From contig JAZORZ010000046.1 in assembly GCA_045656885.1 (NCBI GenBank), forward strand, positions 25 through 64,024: a DNA stretch of 64,000 nucleotides, written 5' to 3'. The notes under the pieces are model-generated. The model saw only the letters and a program-made list of their open reading frames with translations, had not been told where the DNA came from and searched no databases. Source of the stretch: Eubacteriales bacterium (GTDB lineage Bacteria; Bacillota; Clostridia; Oscillospirales; CAG-272). The position numbers were made by a program, and so were the translations under genes. Positions 51,719-61,420 of the stretch are shown in pieces (position 1 is the stretch's first letter; every line of letters starts with the position of its first letter).

Positions 51719-52999
51719 TCAAAGCTTAATAGCGCCTACGGGTCGAATACGCAAAACCATGCAAGAGCCCGCGCCAAATGCGGCGTCCATTGCCTCGCGG
51801 TAAGCTACCACGTCAAGGGTGGGAACAAAAGCTTGGATCGTTCCCGCAAATCCGCCGCCGTGCACACGCCAAGCTGCCTTTTTGCCGGCAAGCAGACGCT
51901 CGGAGAGGCAGAGCGCGAGGGAAAGACCTTGCTCCTCTACGTTTTTGGTGGTATATACGTTTTGTAAATAGCAATAGGAGGAGCGTCCGGACGCGATCAC
52001 GTTTGCAAAGAAAGTATCAAGGTCACCACTTGCCAGTGCCTCTGTTTGCAGGGCTACGCGGCGGTTTTCCGCGAAGAAGTGCAGAGCACGCAAAATAGCA
52101 CGGTCGCTGTATTTGCCGCGCAGGAGAGGAATGCTTGCCACAAAGCTTTCTTCCTCGAGGTCACGCAAAACCGATTTGCCAAAATAAGCGGCAATGCTCT
52201 TCATTTCAGCGGGAACAGATGCATAATCGTCGGTCAGGTCGGCGTGGTTGCCGCCCGTGTTGGTAATGCAAAGATGATAGCCCGCGCCCGAAATATCCAC
52301 GTCGAGCTTGTTGATGATGGGGGACTTAGGATCTTCAAAATCGATCGCCACAATGCCGCCAACGGCACAGGCGACCTGATCCATCAGTCCGCAGGGCTTG
52401 CCAAAAAATACGTTTTCGGCATACTGTGCAATCTTTGCAATCTCTACGTTGTCGATAGCCCCATCGTTGTAGATGTGGTTGAGAATGTTGCCGATCATAT
52501 CCTCAAACGCCGCAGAGGAAGAAATACCCGAGCCCTTGAGCACGTTAGAGGTGGTGTAGGCGTCAAAGCCGCCAACGCGGTAGCCGTTCTCGCGGAAGCC
52601 GGCAACCATTCCTGCAATCAACTCGTCAGAATTGCCTTCGGGATTTTCGCGAGGAGTGGTGAAAACGTTAATGTCGATAATATCCTCGTGGAATCCCTCG
52701 CTTTTGACGCGAATGAGATCCTCGCCGTTGGGAGAGGCAACTGCAATGATATCGAGATCGATCGAAGCGGCGATCACACGTCCGTGGTTGTGGTCGGTGT
52801 GATTGCCCGAAAGCTCGCTTCTGCCCGCAACCGAGTAGAGTGCGGCATCGCGGTCTGCACCGTAAAGGGCAATAAAGGAATCGATGGCAGCGGCATAGCG
52901 TTCTCTTTGAGTGGCTACTGCAGCTTCGCCGTAAATGTATCCCAAACGGCTATCGTATTCACCGCCGATCAGAGCGGACTTAAGCGCATTGATTTTCAT
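51719..52999 (-). CDS. GHMP-family sugar kinase (galactokinase-like)
   Basis: GRSELSGNHTDHNHG and GHMP motif LKGSGISSSAAFE. 426 aa. Confidence 0.75.
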   Translation of the reverse strand: MKINALKSALIGGEYDSRLGYIYGEAAVATQRERYAAAIDSFIALYGADRDAALYSVAGRSELSGNHTDHNHGRVIAASIDLDIIAVASPNGEDLIRVKSEGFHEDIIDINVFTTPRENPEGNSDELIAGMVAGFRENGYRVGGFDAYTTSNVLKGSGISSSAAFEDMIGNILNHIYNDGAIDNVEIAKIAQYAENVFFGKPCGLMDQVACAVGGIVAIDFEDPKSPIINKLDVDISGAGYHLCITNTGGNHADLTDDYASVPAEMKSIAAYFGKSVLRDLEEESFVASIPLLRGKYSDRAILRALHFFAENRRVALQTEALASGDLDTFFANVIASGRSSYCYLQNVYTTKNVEEQGLSLALCLSERLLAGKKAAWRVHGGGFAGTIQAFVPTLDVVAYREAMDAAFGAGSCMVLRIRPVGAIKL

Positions 53000-53346
53000 A
53001 ACAGTATCTTCCTTTCAAGCTTTTATTCTCACGCGCCTCGCGCGCATACATACTATTTCAATTTAACATTATATCATAGAAAAGGGCACTTGTCAATCCC
53101 CCTAAAAAGGGAAGAAACAGCCGCAAATGCAGTTGCCTTTTTTGTCTTTTTGGCATAAAATGAAAAGAGAGTAAAAAAGTTTGAAAAAAGGAAAAGAAAT
53201 TTCCAAAAAACTCTTGACAAATGCTATATAATATACTATAATATATATAGTATCTATATAGCGCGCGCGAGAAATGAATTTTTTAGAATAAAACTTAGTC
53301 TTATTATAGAAAGGAGCGGGGCTTTCGGGCCTTTCGTGTAATTGAT

Positions 53347-54648
53347 ATGTCAACCAAATTTGTCATTCGCGGAAACCGTCCGCTTTACGGTGAAATTGCT
53401 GTCAGCGGCATGAAAAACGCGGCTTTGCCCATTCTCTTTGCTACCATTCTCACAGGGGATGTTTGCACACTCGATAACATTCCTATGGTCAGTGACATTA
53501 CCAACTCGCTCTTGTTGATTCAACAAATGGGAGCGCAGATTAAATATCTTTCCCCTACACAGGTCCTCATCAACACCGCAGGTGTCCGTCAGGGAACCTC
53601 GCCCGATGAGCTCGTTCGCAAAATGCGCGGCTCCTCCTATTTGCTCGGCGCCGAGCTTGGTCGTTTTGGCAAAACGCGCATTGCGTGGCCCGGCGGTTGC
53701 GATTTTGGCGGCAACCGTCCTCTCGACCAACACATCAAGGGCTTCCGTGCGCTCGGTGCCAAGACCGATACCGAGGGTGGCTACATTTACGCCGAGGCAG
53801 ACGAAGGCCTCAAGGGCAATAGCGTTTACTTTGACGTAGCATCGGTAGGGGCTACCGTCAACGTTATTTTGGCATCTGTTTTTGCCGAGGGTACAACCGT
53901 TATCGAAAACGCCGCAAGAGAGCCCCACATCGTCGACCTGGCAAACTTCCTCAACGCATGCGGCGCCGACATTGTTGGCGCAGGTACGTCTGTGATCAAG
54001 GTTCGCGGAGTCACCGAGCTTCACGGCTGCAGCTACACCATTATTCCCGATATGATCGAGGCGGGCACCTACATGGTTGCCGCGGCTGCCGCGGGCGGAT
54101 GTGTGCGCGTTACGTCCGTCATTCCCAAGCACGTAGAGTCCATCACCAGCAAGCTCTGCGAAATGGGCGTCAGAGTGGAGGAAGAGGATGACGCAGTTGT
54201 TGTTATCAGCGACGGCAACCTGCAAAACATCAACATTCAAACCGTTTACTATCCCGGTTTTCCCACCGATATGCACCCGCAGTTTGCGGTGCTGCTTTGC
54301 ATTGCCAACGGTATTGGTAACATTCATGAGGGCGTATGGCAAAACCGCTTCCGTTACACCGAGGAGCTGACCAAAATGGGCGCAAAGATCATGGTAGACT
54401 CGCAAAACGCGACCATCATCGGCGTTGAGCAGCTCACGGGCGCGGTTGTAAAATCGACCGACCTCAGGGCAGGCGCGGCACTCGTCATTGCGGGACTCGT
54501 AGCGCAGGGCGTTACCGAGGTTCGCGGCGTGCATTATATTAAGCGTGGATATGAAAACCTTGTCGAAAAACTCCGCGGTATCGGCGCTGATATCGAAGAG
54601 ATCCCTCTTGAGGATTCCACCGCCGAAACCATCGCAAAAGCGAATTGA
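53347..54648 (+). CDS. murA: UDP-N-acetylglucosamine 1-carboxyvinyltransferase
   Basis: ...GEIAVSGMKNAALPILFATIL.., with an active-site Cys in WPGGCDFGGNRPLDQH. Confidence 0.95.
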   Translation: MSTKFVIRGNRPLYGEIAVSGMKNAALPILFATILTGDVCTLDNIPMVSDITNSLLLIQQMGAQIKYLSPTQVLINTAGVRQGTSPDELVRKMRGSSYLLGAELGRFGKTRIAWPGGCDFGGNRPLDQHIKGFRALGAKTDTEGGYIYAEADEGLKGNSVYFDVASVGATVNVILASVFAEGTTVIENAAREPHIVDLANFLNACGADIVGAGTSVIKVRGVTELHGCSYTIIPDMIEAGTYMVAAAAAGGCVRVTSVIPKHVESITSKLCEMGVRVEEEDDAVVVISDGNLQNINIQTVYYPGFPTDMHPQFAVLLCIANGIGNIHEGVWQNRFRYTEELTKMGAKIMVDSQNATIIGVEQLTGAVVKSTDLRAGAALVIAGLVAQGVTEVRGVHYIKRGYENLVEKLRGIGADIEEIPLEDSTAETIAKAN

Positions 54649-54699
54649 AATAGAATAAAAAAACAGCGAGCCGCACCGCGGCTCGCTTCTTTCATTTTC

Positions 54700-55674
54700 T
54701 TATTTTTTCATAATTTCCTTATACAAATTCTCCGCATAGAGCGAAAATCCCTGGTCGTTGGGGTGCAGAATTTGATCGTGGAAGAACGCAGAGAGGTGAG
54801 GTATGAGATTCCAACCGTCTACAACGGTGAAGTGGTCGTAATCCTTGGTGTATTCGCAAAACAGCTTGTAAACGTCACTGATGGGGCGCGCCATAGCGGT
54901 CTCGCGCTCGGAGTCACCACGCCAAATGGGGGCAATGACAATCACACGCGCATTGGGGAACCTCTCGTGCATCACCTCAAAAAATCCGCGGCAGTTTGCC
55001 TCAAATTTTTCCATGGGGCACATGCTCCAGTCATTGGTGCCGTAGGCAACGGTTACAAAGTCGGGGTTTTGCAGGTTGTCTCTTTTTGCTAGTTCCGGCG
55101 AGAAGGTGTCACCGCCAATGCCGCGGTTGTGCACGTCGGCATCAAGCAGATTTCCAAGACGGTTAACGTAGGAAAGGGAAGGGTAAATGGCATCGTAGCC
55201 GTGGGTAATGGAGTCGCCGTAAGCAACCAGCTTTTTAGAACGGATATGGGGCTTGACCGTGGCACCGTCGTCGAGCTCAAACGAGGTCATCACAACGCCC
55301 TTGGACCAAGGGAAATAGATCTCCACAAGACTCTCGTCCGAGGTGAGCTTGACTTCCATTTGTGCCTCGTTTTCCTTGTCGCTGCCGCCGTGGGCAATCA
55401 TCGCACCGTTTTCGTAAATATCAAAATACGCATACGCACGGCTCGAGCCCTCGGTAAATCTTGCCGAAAATTTCAAGCTCTCGCTGTCTGTATAAAATGC
55501 CAAACGAACACCCGAGGTCGAATCGGTCTTGTTTGCTTTTTCAATATTGTTGTAGTGCATGTAATAGGCCTTTTGTGCCTCGGTCATGCGAAAGAACTGC
55601 ACGCCGTCCGCTACTTCTTCCAAGCGGTCAGTGCCGCGCGCAATGCTCTTGAGTTGTTCAAACGATAATTTCAT
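54700..55674 (-). CDS. SGNH/GDSL-family hydrolase with an N-terminal beta-sandwich domain
   Basis: VAYGDSITHGY (block I), GTNDW, and ..DQILHPND (block V). The ATG at 55674 is preceded by GGAGGA. The longer track ORF was not used. Confidence 0.8.
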   Translation of the reverse strand: MKLSFEQLKSIARGTDRLEEVADGVQFFRMTEAQKAYYMHYNNIEKANKTDSTSGVRLAFYTDSESLKFSARFTEGSSRAYAYFDIYENGAMIAHGGSDKENEAQMEVKLTSDESLVEIYFPWSKGVVMTSFELDDGATVKPHIRSKKLVAYGDSITHGYDAIYPSLSYVNRLGNLLDADVHNRGIGGDTFSPELAKRDNLQNPDFVTVAYGTNDWSMCPMEKFEANCRGFFEVMHERFPNARVIVIAPIWRGDSERETAMARPISDVYKLFCEYTKDYDHFTVVDGWNLIPHLSAFFHDQILHPNDQGFSLYAENLYKEIMKK

Positions 55675-55794
55675 AGCATCCTCCATAATGGGGCAAATTC
55701 GCCCAACAATATCAATGCCATTATACCACACCATACACACGTTTGCAAGCCCAATTTTACAATTTTTTTCGGGTGTGTTCCCATATTCTGCCTT

Positions 55795-55823
55795 GAATAC
55801 CACCCCTACCTCTCGGCAATACT
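55795..55823 (+). promoter_or_regulatory. Weak candidate forespore-type promoter upstream of sigG
   Basis: GAATA, 17 nt spacer, CAATACT. This is only a loose match to the SigF/SigG consensus. Confidence 0.25.
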
Positions 55824-55858
55824 TTTTTTGGAACAAAAAACAGGGATTGGTGGCAAGG

Positions 55859-56632
55859 ATGTACTACAACAAAGTGGAAATTTGCGGGGTGAATACCTCA
55901 AACCTCAAGGTGCTCTCGGACGAGGAAAAAAGAGAACTGCTCCTGCGCATGAAAAAGGGAGACGAGGAAGCGCGCGCCGAGCTCATCAACGGCAATTTGC
56001 GCTTGGTGCTATCTATTATTCAGCGCTTTACAAGCAGAAAAGAAAACCTCGATGACCTCTTTCAAGTCGGTTGTATCGGACTTGTCAAGGCGGTGGATAA
56101 CTTTAATACCGACCTCGACGTTAAATTTTCGACCTACGCAGTTCCTATGATCATTGGAGAAATTCGTCGCTACCTGCGCGATAACAATGCCATTCGCATC
56201 AGCCGCTCGGTCAGGGACCTTGCCTACCGTGCTCTGCAAGCGCGCGAGGAGCTGATTGCTTTGCACGAAAGCGAGCCGACAGTGGAGCAGATTGCCGCAC
56301 ATTTGGGAGAAAAGAAAGAAGCAGTCGTGCACGCCCTCGATGCCATTGCCGAGCCAATCTCGCTCTACGAGCCCGTGTTCAACGATAACGGAGACGCGCT
56401 TTATTTGATGGATCAGCTTTCCGACTCCTCGTCAGGCGACGAGCTTTGGCTGGAGAACATCGTTCTCCGCGAGGCGATGATGCGTCTGAACGAGCGCGAG
56501 CGCAAGATCATCAACCTGCGCTTTTACAAAAACAAAACGCAAATGGAAATCGCCGAGGAGATCGGCATCTCGCAAGCCCAGGTCTCCCGCCTTGAAAAAG
56601 GCGCGCTCCTCAAAATGAGAAAGGAATTGTAA
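55859..56632 (+). CDS. sigG: Sporulation sigma factor SigG
   Basis: MYYNKVEICGVNTSNLKVLSDEE...NGNLRLVLSIIQRF...DDLFQVGCIGLVKAVDNF..KFSTYAVPMIIGEIRRYLRDNN..GISQAQVSRLEK closely tracks B. subtilis SigG as I recall it. Confidence 0.9.
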   Translation: MYYNKVEICGVNTSNLKVLSDEEKRELLLRMKKGDEEARAELINGNLRLVLSIIQRFTSRKENLDDLFQVGCIGLVKAVDNFNTDLDVKFSTYAVPMIIGEIRRYLRDNNAIRISRSVRDLAYRALQAREELIALHESEPTVEQIAAHLGEKKEAVVHALDAIAEPISLYEPVFNDNGDALYLMDQLSDSSSGDELWLENIVLREAMMRLNERERKIINLRFYKNKTQMEIAEEIGISQAQVSRLEKGALLKMRKEL

Positions 56633-56806
56633 ACAAAAGGCAGTTTTATATGGAAAGACATAGCTGATTTCGGCTATGTCTTTTTTGAATAGAAAAATAC
56701 TACGATTGGTAGAATTGAGTCTATGTTGCGGTTATTGATTTATAATTCAAAACGCTGTATAATATACTCAGACGCGTCGGAAAAACTTAATTTGGAGGTT
56801 AATACT

Positions 56807-57592
56807 ATGGAACTTATGATTGGTGAAAAGCTGAAAAAACTGCGCAGAAGCAGGGATTTGACGCAAGAAGAGGTTGCAACGCATATAGGCATTTCCTATC
56901 AGTCGATCAGTAAATGGGAACGAGGTGACGGATATCCGGACATTACGATGCTCCCCACACTTGCAAATTATTTTGGAGTGTCTGTTGACGAGTTGATCGG
57001 TATGGATGAAATATCTTCTGCCCAAAGACTTGACGATATCAATCAAAAATGGCAAGAAAACAGATCGAAGGGAGCCCACAAAGAAAATGTCGAGCTCATG
57101 CGAAGCGCGTTGAAAACCTACCCTAATAATGCGTTGTTGCTGATGCAATTATCGTGTTCACTCGAACGACTTGACGGTAGCGAAAAGGAGAAAAAGGGGT
57201 ATTTAAAAGAATCTATTATGCTTCACGAGCAGATTCTAAAATACTGTGACGATTCGGAAATCAGAGGTGCCGCGCTTTGTAATCTTTCCGATGCATATTA
57301 CAGATACGGAGATTATGAGAAAGCAGTAGAATACGCTACCAAACTTCCCAATCTGTATAAGACAAGAGAAACCGCGTTGGTTCGTATTTTGAATGACCAT
57401 GCTGAGAAAAACAAAGTGGCAAAGTCTGCAATAGAACCGTTAACTTGGCTTCTGTCCTATCATTTAACTGCTATTGCAGAAACCGAAAACGATCCCCAAT
57501 ATAAAGAAAAAATAATCAAAATATTGGATGTGCTTTTTGAGGGAAATGAAAGTGATTTTATTGTCGGTATTCGAAATAAAGCATTTAAGTAA
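56807..57592 (+). CDS. XRE-family HTH regulator with a TPR-like C-terminal domain, paralog 2
   Basis: 261 aa. LRRSRDLTQEEVATHIGISYQSISKWERGDGYPDITMLPTLANYFGVSVDELIG. GGAGGT lies upstream, and a TTGATT-17-TATAAT promoter lies at about 56737-56765. Confidence 0.85.
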   Translation: MELMIGEKLKKLRRSRDLTQEEVATHIGISYQSISKWERGDGYPDITMLPTLANYFGVSVDELIGMDEISSAQRLDDINQKWQENRSKGAHKENVELMRSALKTYPNNALLLMQLSCSLERLDGSEKEKKGYLKESIMLHEQILKYCDDSEIRGAALCNLSDAYYRYGDYEKAVEYATKLPNLYKTRETALVRILNDHAEKNKVAKSAIEPLTWLLSYHLTAIAETENDPQYKEKIIKILDVLFEGNESDFIVGIRNKAFK

Positions 57593-57623
57593 CGATTTGC
57601 TTATAATATAAATCACGTTTACC

Positions 57624-57875
57624 TTGTAGGGGCCACGAGATTGCTTGCAATCTCTTGGCAGCTTACCGCCTTCCATTAGGTCGCCCGCCTTTCGTTTGCT
57701 TGTGATTTTTGGTGCGGGGCGTCGAGGACGTCGCCCCCTACAAAAGTTGTTTTGGAATCCCTCGCGTAAATGGATTTACAATTTTCGCAAAGCAAAAACG
57801 TGTGAAATGATTGATTCTCCGTAGGGGCGATTCACGAATCGCCCGAAACAAACGATTATCTTGCATAAAAAAGCC
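57624..57875. repeat. Train of GTAGGGG-type GC hairpins between convergent XRE genes
   Basis: GTAGGGGCCACGAGATTGCTTGCAATCTCTTGGCAGCTTACCGCC.., GGGGCGTCGAGGACGTCGCCCCCTAC, and GTAGGGGCGATTCACGAATCGCCCGAAACAAACGATTATCTTGCATAAAAAA. All three have counterparts in 12059-12280. Confidence 0.8.
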
Positions 57876-57898
57876 CCGCACTCGGCGGGGCAAATTGT

Positions 57899-59005
57899 TT
57901 AATTGGCGTATTGCTTTAATTTATCAACAATCTCAACGAAACGAGGGTCTTGACGAATGCAATCATATCGTTTGTTTTGCAATCTTTCAAGCATATAATC
58001 GCAATTGGTGCGCTCCGTAAGCTCATGAAAATCTTTGCTCTTTTCCGGATAAATCAATTTATCTGTGAGAATAGATGTGTAAAATTTTCCGTGGTTATTG
58101 ATATAAGATTTATCATATTCAACTGCGTGATAGCACATTTTTTCAAGAGAATCAAGTGTTTCATCGTTTTTTTCCTGTGCTATTTGATATGTGGAAATCA
58201 ACCAATAATTTTGGGTGAGGCGAGTATGATAAAACATAAGGTTGTCTCCGTATATCATTTTGTATAGTTGATTTGAAATTGTAAGCATCTCGATTTTTTT
58301 ATCCCACGTAGATGGATCGTTGGGAAGCTTATCGTCTACTGCATAACCTGTGATACCCGTTCCCAAGCAATCTGTCAACTTATCAATCTCATCCTGTCTA
58401 TATAGTTCATTGTTCCCATCGCCAATGCCGTTAGAGAGTGTATATTCCCGACAATATTTCATGGGGGTCAGGCGATTTGCCAACTCTTTTGCTTTATCAC
58501 ACTGCTTGGTTTTGCCATACAGTAAGATAAGCGTATTGATTGCATTGTAGCGTGTGTCCTCATCGTTGCATTCGTCAACCACCGATTTAAGGAGCACTTC
58601 TATCTCATTAAAAAGAGATTCATCGTGTTTTTCTTCCCAAACAAAATACAAGCAGGTTGCGAGATTATCACGAATTTCATAATCGTTTGGGTAACGGGCA
58701 TACGCATTTCTGGCATAAGCCACACATTCTTCAATAGAGCCAACCTCTGAAAGACGCTCCATTTCTTTTTTGATGCTTGCAAGTTCTTCTTCTCTTTCCG
58801 AAAGTTTATAGCCAAGCAATTCATCCGTGCTGACAGAAAAGAAATCAGCAAGGGCAGGGAGAAGCTCAATATCGGGATAGCCACCGCCTTGCTCCCAACG
58901 GGAGATGGCTTGGGGCGTTACACCGATAGCTGTAGCAAGCGTGTCTTGGGTAATATTATTTTCTGTGCGAAGCTTTTTAATAATCGCACCGATTTTAATG
59001 TTCAT
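57899..59005 (-). CDS. XRE-family HTH regulator with a long helical-repeat C-terminal domain, paralog 3
   Basis: 368 aa. LRTENNITQDTLATAIGVTPQAISRWEQGGGYPDIELLPALADFFSVSTDELLG. The C-terminus ..RLQNKRYDCIRQDPRFVEIVDKLKQYA parallels that of paralog 1. Confidence 0.85.
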   Translation of the reverse strand: MNIKIGAIIKKLRTENNITQDTLATAIGVTPQAISRWEQGGGYPDIELLPALADFFSVSTDELLGYKLSEREEELASIKKEMERLSEVGSIEECVAYARNAYARYPNDYEIRDNLATCLYFVWEEKHDESLFNEIEVLLKSVVDECNDEDTRYNAINTLILLYGKTKQCDKAKELANRLTPMKYCREYTLSNGIGDGNNELYRQDEIDKLTDCLGTGITGYAVDDKLPNDPSTWDKKIEMLTISNQLYKMIYGDNLMFYHTRLTQNYWLISTYQIAQEKNDETLDSLEKMCYHAVEYDKSYINNHGKFYTSILTDKLIYPEKSKDFHELTERTNCDYMLERLQNKRYDCIRQDPRFVEIVDKLKQYAN

Positions 59006-59100
59006 TTTGTACCTCCAAAAAATGATTTTTGTAAGCTTACACCCTTATTATAGCACTTTTTTGATGATTGTCAATTATCAATTCATTGTTAAGTAAGTAA

Positions 59101-59143
59101 AGCAGTACTTTACACGGTGTGGTGTAAAATACTGCTTTTCCTT
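59101..59143. terminator. Hairpin downstream of the cysteine desulfurase gene
   Basis: AGCAGTACTTTA-cacggtgtggtg-TAAAATACTGCT with T-rich flanks. Confidence 0.4.
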
Positions 59144-59144
59144 T

Positions 59145-60314
59145 TTACCTATGAATTTTCACAAGTCTTTCAATATTCACCGCCAGCGCATGGGCGAGTG
59201 CATCAACATCCTCGGTGGTGTTGTAGTGGCTAAAGCTTACGCGCAGAGCACACTCGGTCTCGTCCTCGGTCGCACCAAAGGCGAGGAGCGCTCGGCTGAG
59301 CTTTTTGGAGTGTGTCGAGCAAGCCGAGCCACCCGACACGCAAATGCCGCTCTCGGAGAGCGCGTGCACCATCGTTTCACTCTTAATGTCGGGGAGAGAG
59401 AGAGAAAGAATGTGCGGCGCGCGTGCGCCCGTGGGAACGTGCAATTTTACGGGGAGAGCCGCAAGCTTTTCCTCGGCATAATTGCGGAGTTGTAGTAGAT
59501 GGGGCAAATGTGTGTTAAGGTTGGCAAAACCGTACTTTGCCGCCGCGCCAAAGGCGACAATGCCAAGCACGTTTTCGGTACCCGAGCGGAATCCACCCTC
59601 TTGACCGCCACCCAGTAGGGTAGGCACGATGTCACGGCGTTTGAGTGCCGCTTGCGAGACGTAAAGCGCACCAACGCCCTTGGGAGCGTGGATCTTGTGA
59701 CCGCTGACGGTTACAAGGTCTGCCTTGATCGCATCGGGGGTAAAGCGGCATTTTAGGTATCCCTGCACTGCATCGGTATGTGTTACAATATCGGGGTTTT
59801 GCGCCTTTGCCAGGGTAAACGCGCGCTTCAGGTCATACATCGCGCCCGTTTCGTTGTTCGTCATCATAATCGAAACAAGAAAGGTGCGCGCATTGAGCGC
59901 ATCTGCGTAGGCGTTCCAATCCAACTCACCGCCGCGCGTGGGAATGCGAACGACCTCAAAGCCGTCCTGTTCCAAAGCAAGCATTGCTTTTTCTACGCCC
60001 GAGTGTTCGGAGTCGGTGGTAATAATGCGACCGCCTTTTCGACGTTCCTTTGCATACGCCGTGCCAAAAATGGCCAAATTGTCGGCTTCGCTACCGCAAG
60101 AAGTGAAAATAATTTGTCCGGGAGCAAGTGTGCCGCGCAAACCAAGGGTTGCGGCAATTTCACGGCGGGCATCCTCCACAAGCTTGCGCGCTGCTTGACC
60201 GGCAGGGTGCAGAGAGGATGGGTTGCCAAAGGTCTCCATCGCCTCGGCAAGTTTTGCTTTTGCGACATCACACAGGGGAGTGGTAGCTCCGTTGTCAAGA
60301 TAAATTTGTTTCAT
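59145..60314 (-). CDS. Cysteine desulfurase (NifS/IscS-like, class V aminotransferase)
   Basis: MKQIYLDNGATTP.., PLP-lysine motif SGHKIHAPKGVGALYV, and active-site SGGSACS. Confidence 0.9.
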   Translation of the reverse strand: MKQIYLDNGATTPLCDVAKAKLAEAMETFGNPSSLHPAGQAARKLVEDARREIAATLGLRGTLAPGQIIFTSCGSEADNLAIFGTAYAKERRKGGRIITTDSEHSGVEKAMLALEQDGFEVVRIPTRGGELDWNAYADALNARTFLVSIMMTNNETGAMYDLKRAFTLAKAQNPDIVTHTDAVQGYLKCRFTPDAIKADLVTVSGHKIHAPKGVGALYVSQAALKRRDIVPTLLGGGQEGGFRSGTENVLGIVAFGAAAKYGFANLNTHLPHLLQLRNYAEEKLAALPVKLHVPTGARAPHILSLSLPDIKSETMVHALSESGICVSGGSACSTHSKKLSRALLAFGATEDETECALRVSFSHYNTTEDVDALAHALAVNIERLVKIHR

Positions 60315-60322
60315 AAAACCTT

Positions 60323-61396
60323 TCAGCGGAAGGTGAAAGCAGCAATGATCGCATCCACGTCCGCACGATTCGTGTCAAAATTTTGGGGCAGAGAGGTATA
60401 GGTCAGGTTGTAGATCGTGCTCTTGTAGCCAACAACAACCTGCAAATAGCGGTAAGTCACACCGCCAACGGTGTATTCGTATTCATACTGCAGCGCTTTG
60501 CCGCCGCCAATGGTAATTTCTGTTTCCGAGAGACGGGTATAGTGACCGCCCGAGGTAGATTGCATCAGCTCCTCGCTTTTTTCAAAATAGCCCTTTACGC
60601 TGATACCCTCACCCGAGGGGAGATAGGGAACAACGCTGATGTAAGAGCCGTCGGGAGCGGTAGCGCCGTAAACGTTGCCCACTTCGGTAACCGCCCAAGC
60701 AGTGGGAACGTACAGCTTATATTCCACCTCGTCGCCCGAGGCGATCTTCATGCCGTTGGGAGCATTTTGGTCGGTGGGGAAGGTTTTGATAGCATCGGTG
60801 GGGGTGTATTCATCGCCAAAGGCAAAGTTCTCAAGCATCTTTTGCACGTCGCTCATACAGTGTGTGTAAAGATCCTCTGTAGCGGTAAAGGAGAAAACGT
60901 AAAATTTGTTGTCCTGTTGTGCAATCACGTGCAAAAAGTGTGTAACCTCACCCGCAACGGTAGCAGAAGCGTGATACTGATAGGCATTTGCACCGCCAAG
61001 CGTGGTTGCAATGCAGTCCTCTTCATAAAGATGAACCTCGCCCGTAGAAAGGAGCTTGATCTGTGTCAAAAGATTTTCTTCAAAAAAGTAATCGGTAAGC
61101 GACTTATTTCCCACGGGGGGGGCGGGCATATCCCCACCTGATTTATCAATGGGGTATTCCGCAACGCTCACGGCAGATTGTTGAACTGCGTTGTAATACG
61201 CACCCGAGATACCGGGCAAAATTTTGGGGCTCCAGGTAGTAGGAATGTAAAGGCGATAGGTCGCCCCGTAAGCGGTGGCGGGCTGCATGCCCTCGGGAAT
61301 AAGCGTGTCCTCTTCTGCCACGCAGGAGACTGCAAAAAGCATTGTTCCAAGCAGCAAAAGAGACGCCAAGAGACGTAACAAAATTCGTTTTTTCAT
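60323..61396 (-). CDS. Lipoprotein with two tandem PsbP/DcrB-like domains, function unknown
   Basis: Signal/lipobox ..LFAVSC. Internal duplication is seen in YRLYIPTTWSPK.. and YKLYVPTAWAVTE... Confidence 0.75.
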   Translation of the reverse strand: MKKRILLRLLASLLLLGTMLFAVSCVAEEDTLIPEGMQPATAYGATYRLYIPTTWSPKILPGISGAYYNAVQQSAVSVAEYPIDKSGGDMPAPPVGNKSLTDYFFEENLLTQIKLLSTGEVHLYEEDCIATTLGGANAYQYHASATVAGEVTHFLHVIAQQDNKFYVFSFTATEDLYTHCMSDVQKMLENFAFGDEYTPTDAIKTFPTDQNAPNGMKIASGDEVEYKLYVPTAWAVTEVGNVYGATAPDGSYISVVPYLPSGEGISVKGYFEKSEELMQSTSGGHYTRLSETEITIGGGKALQYEYEYTVGGVTYRYLQVVVGYKSTIYNLTYTSLPQNFDTNRADVDAIIAAFTFR

Positions 61397-61420
61397 TTTT
61401 TAAGACCTTTCAAAAGGGGG

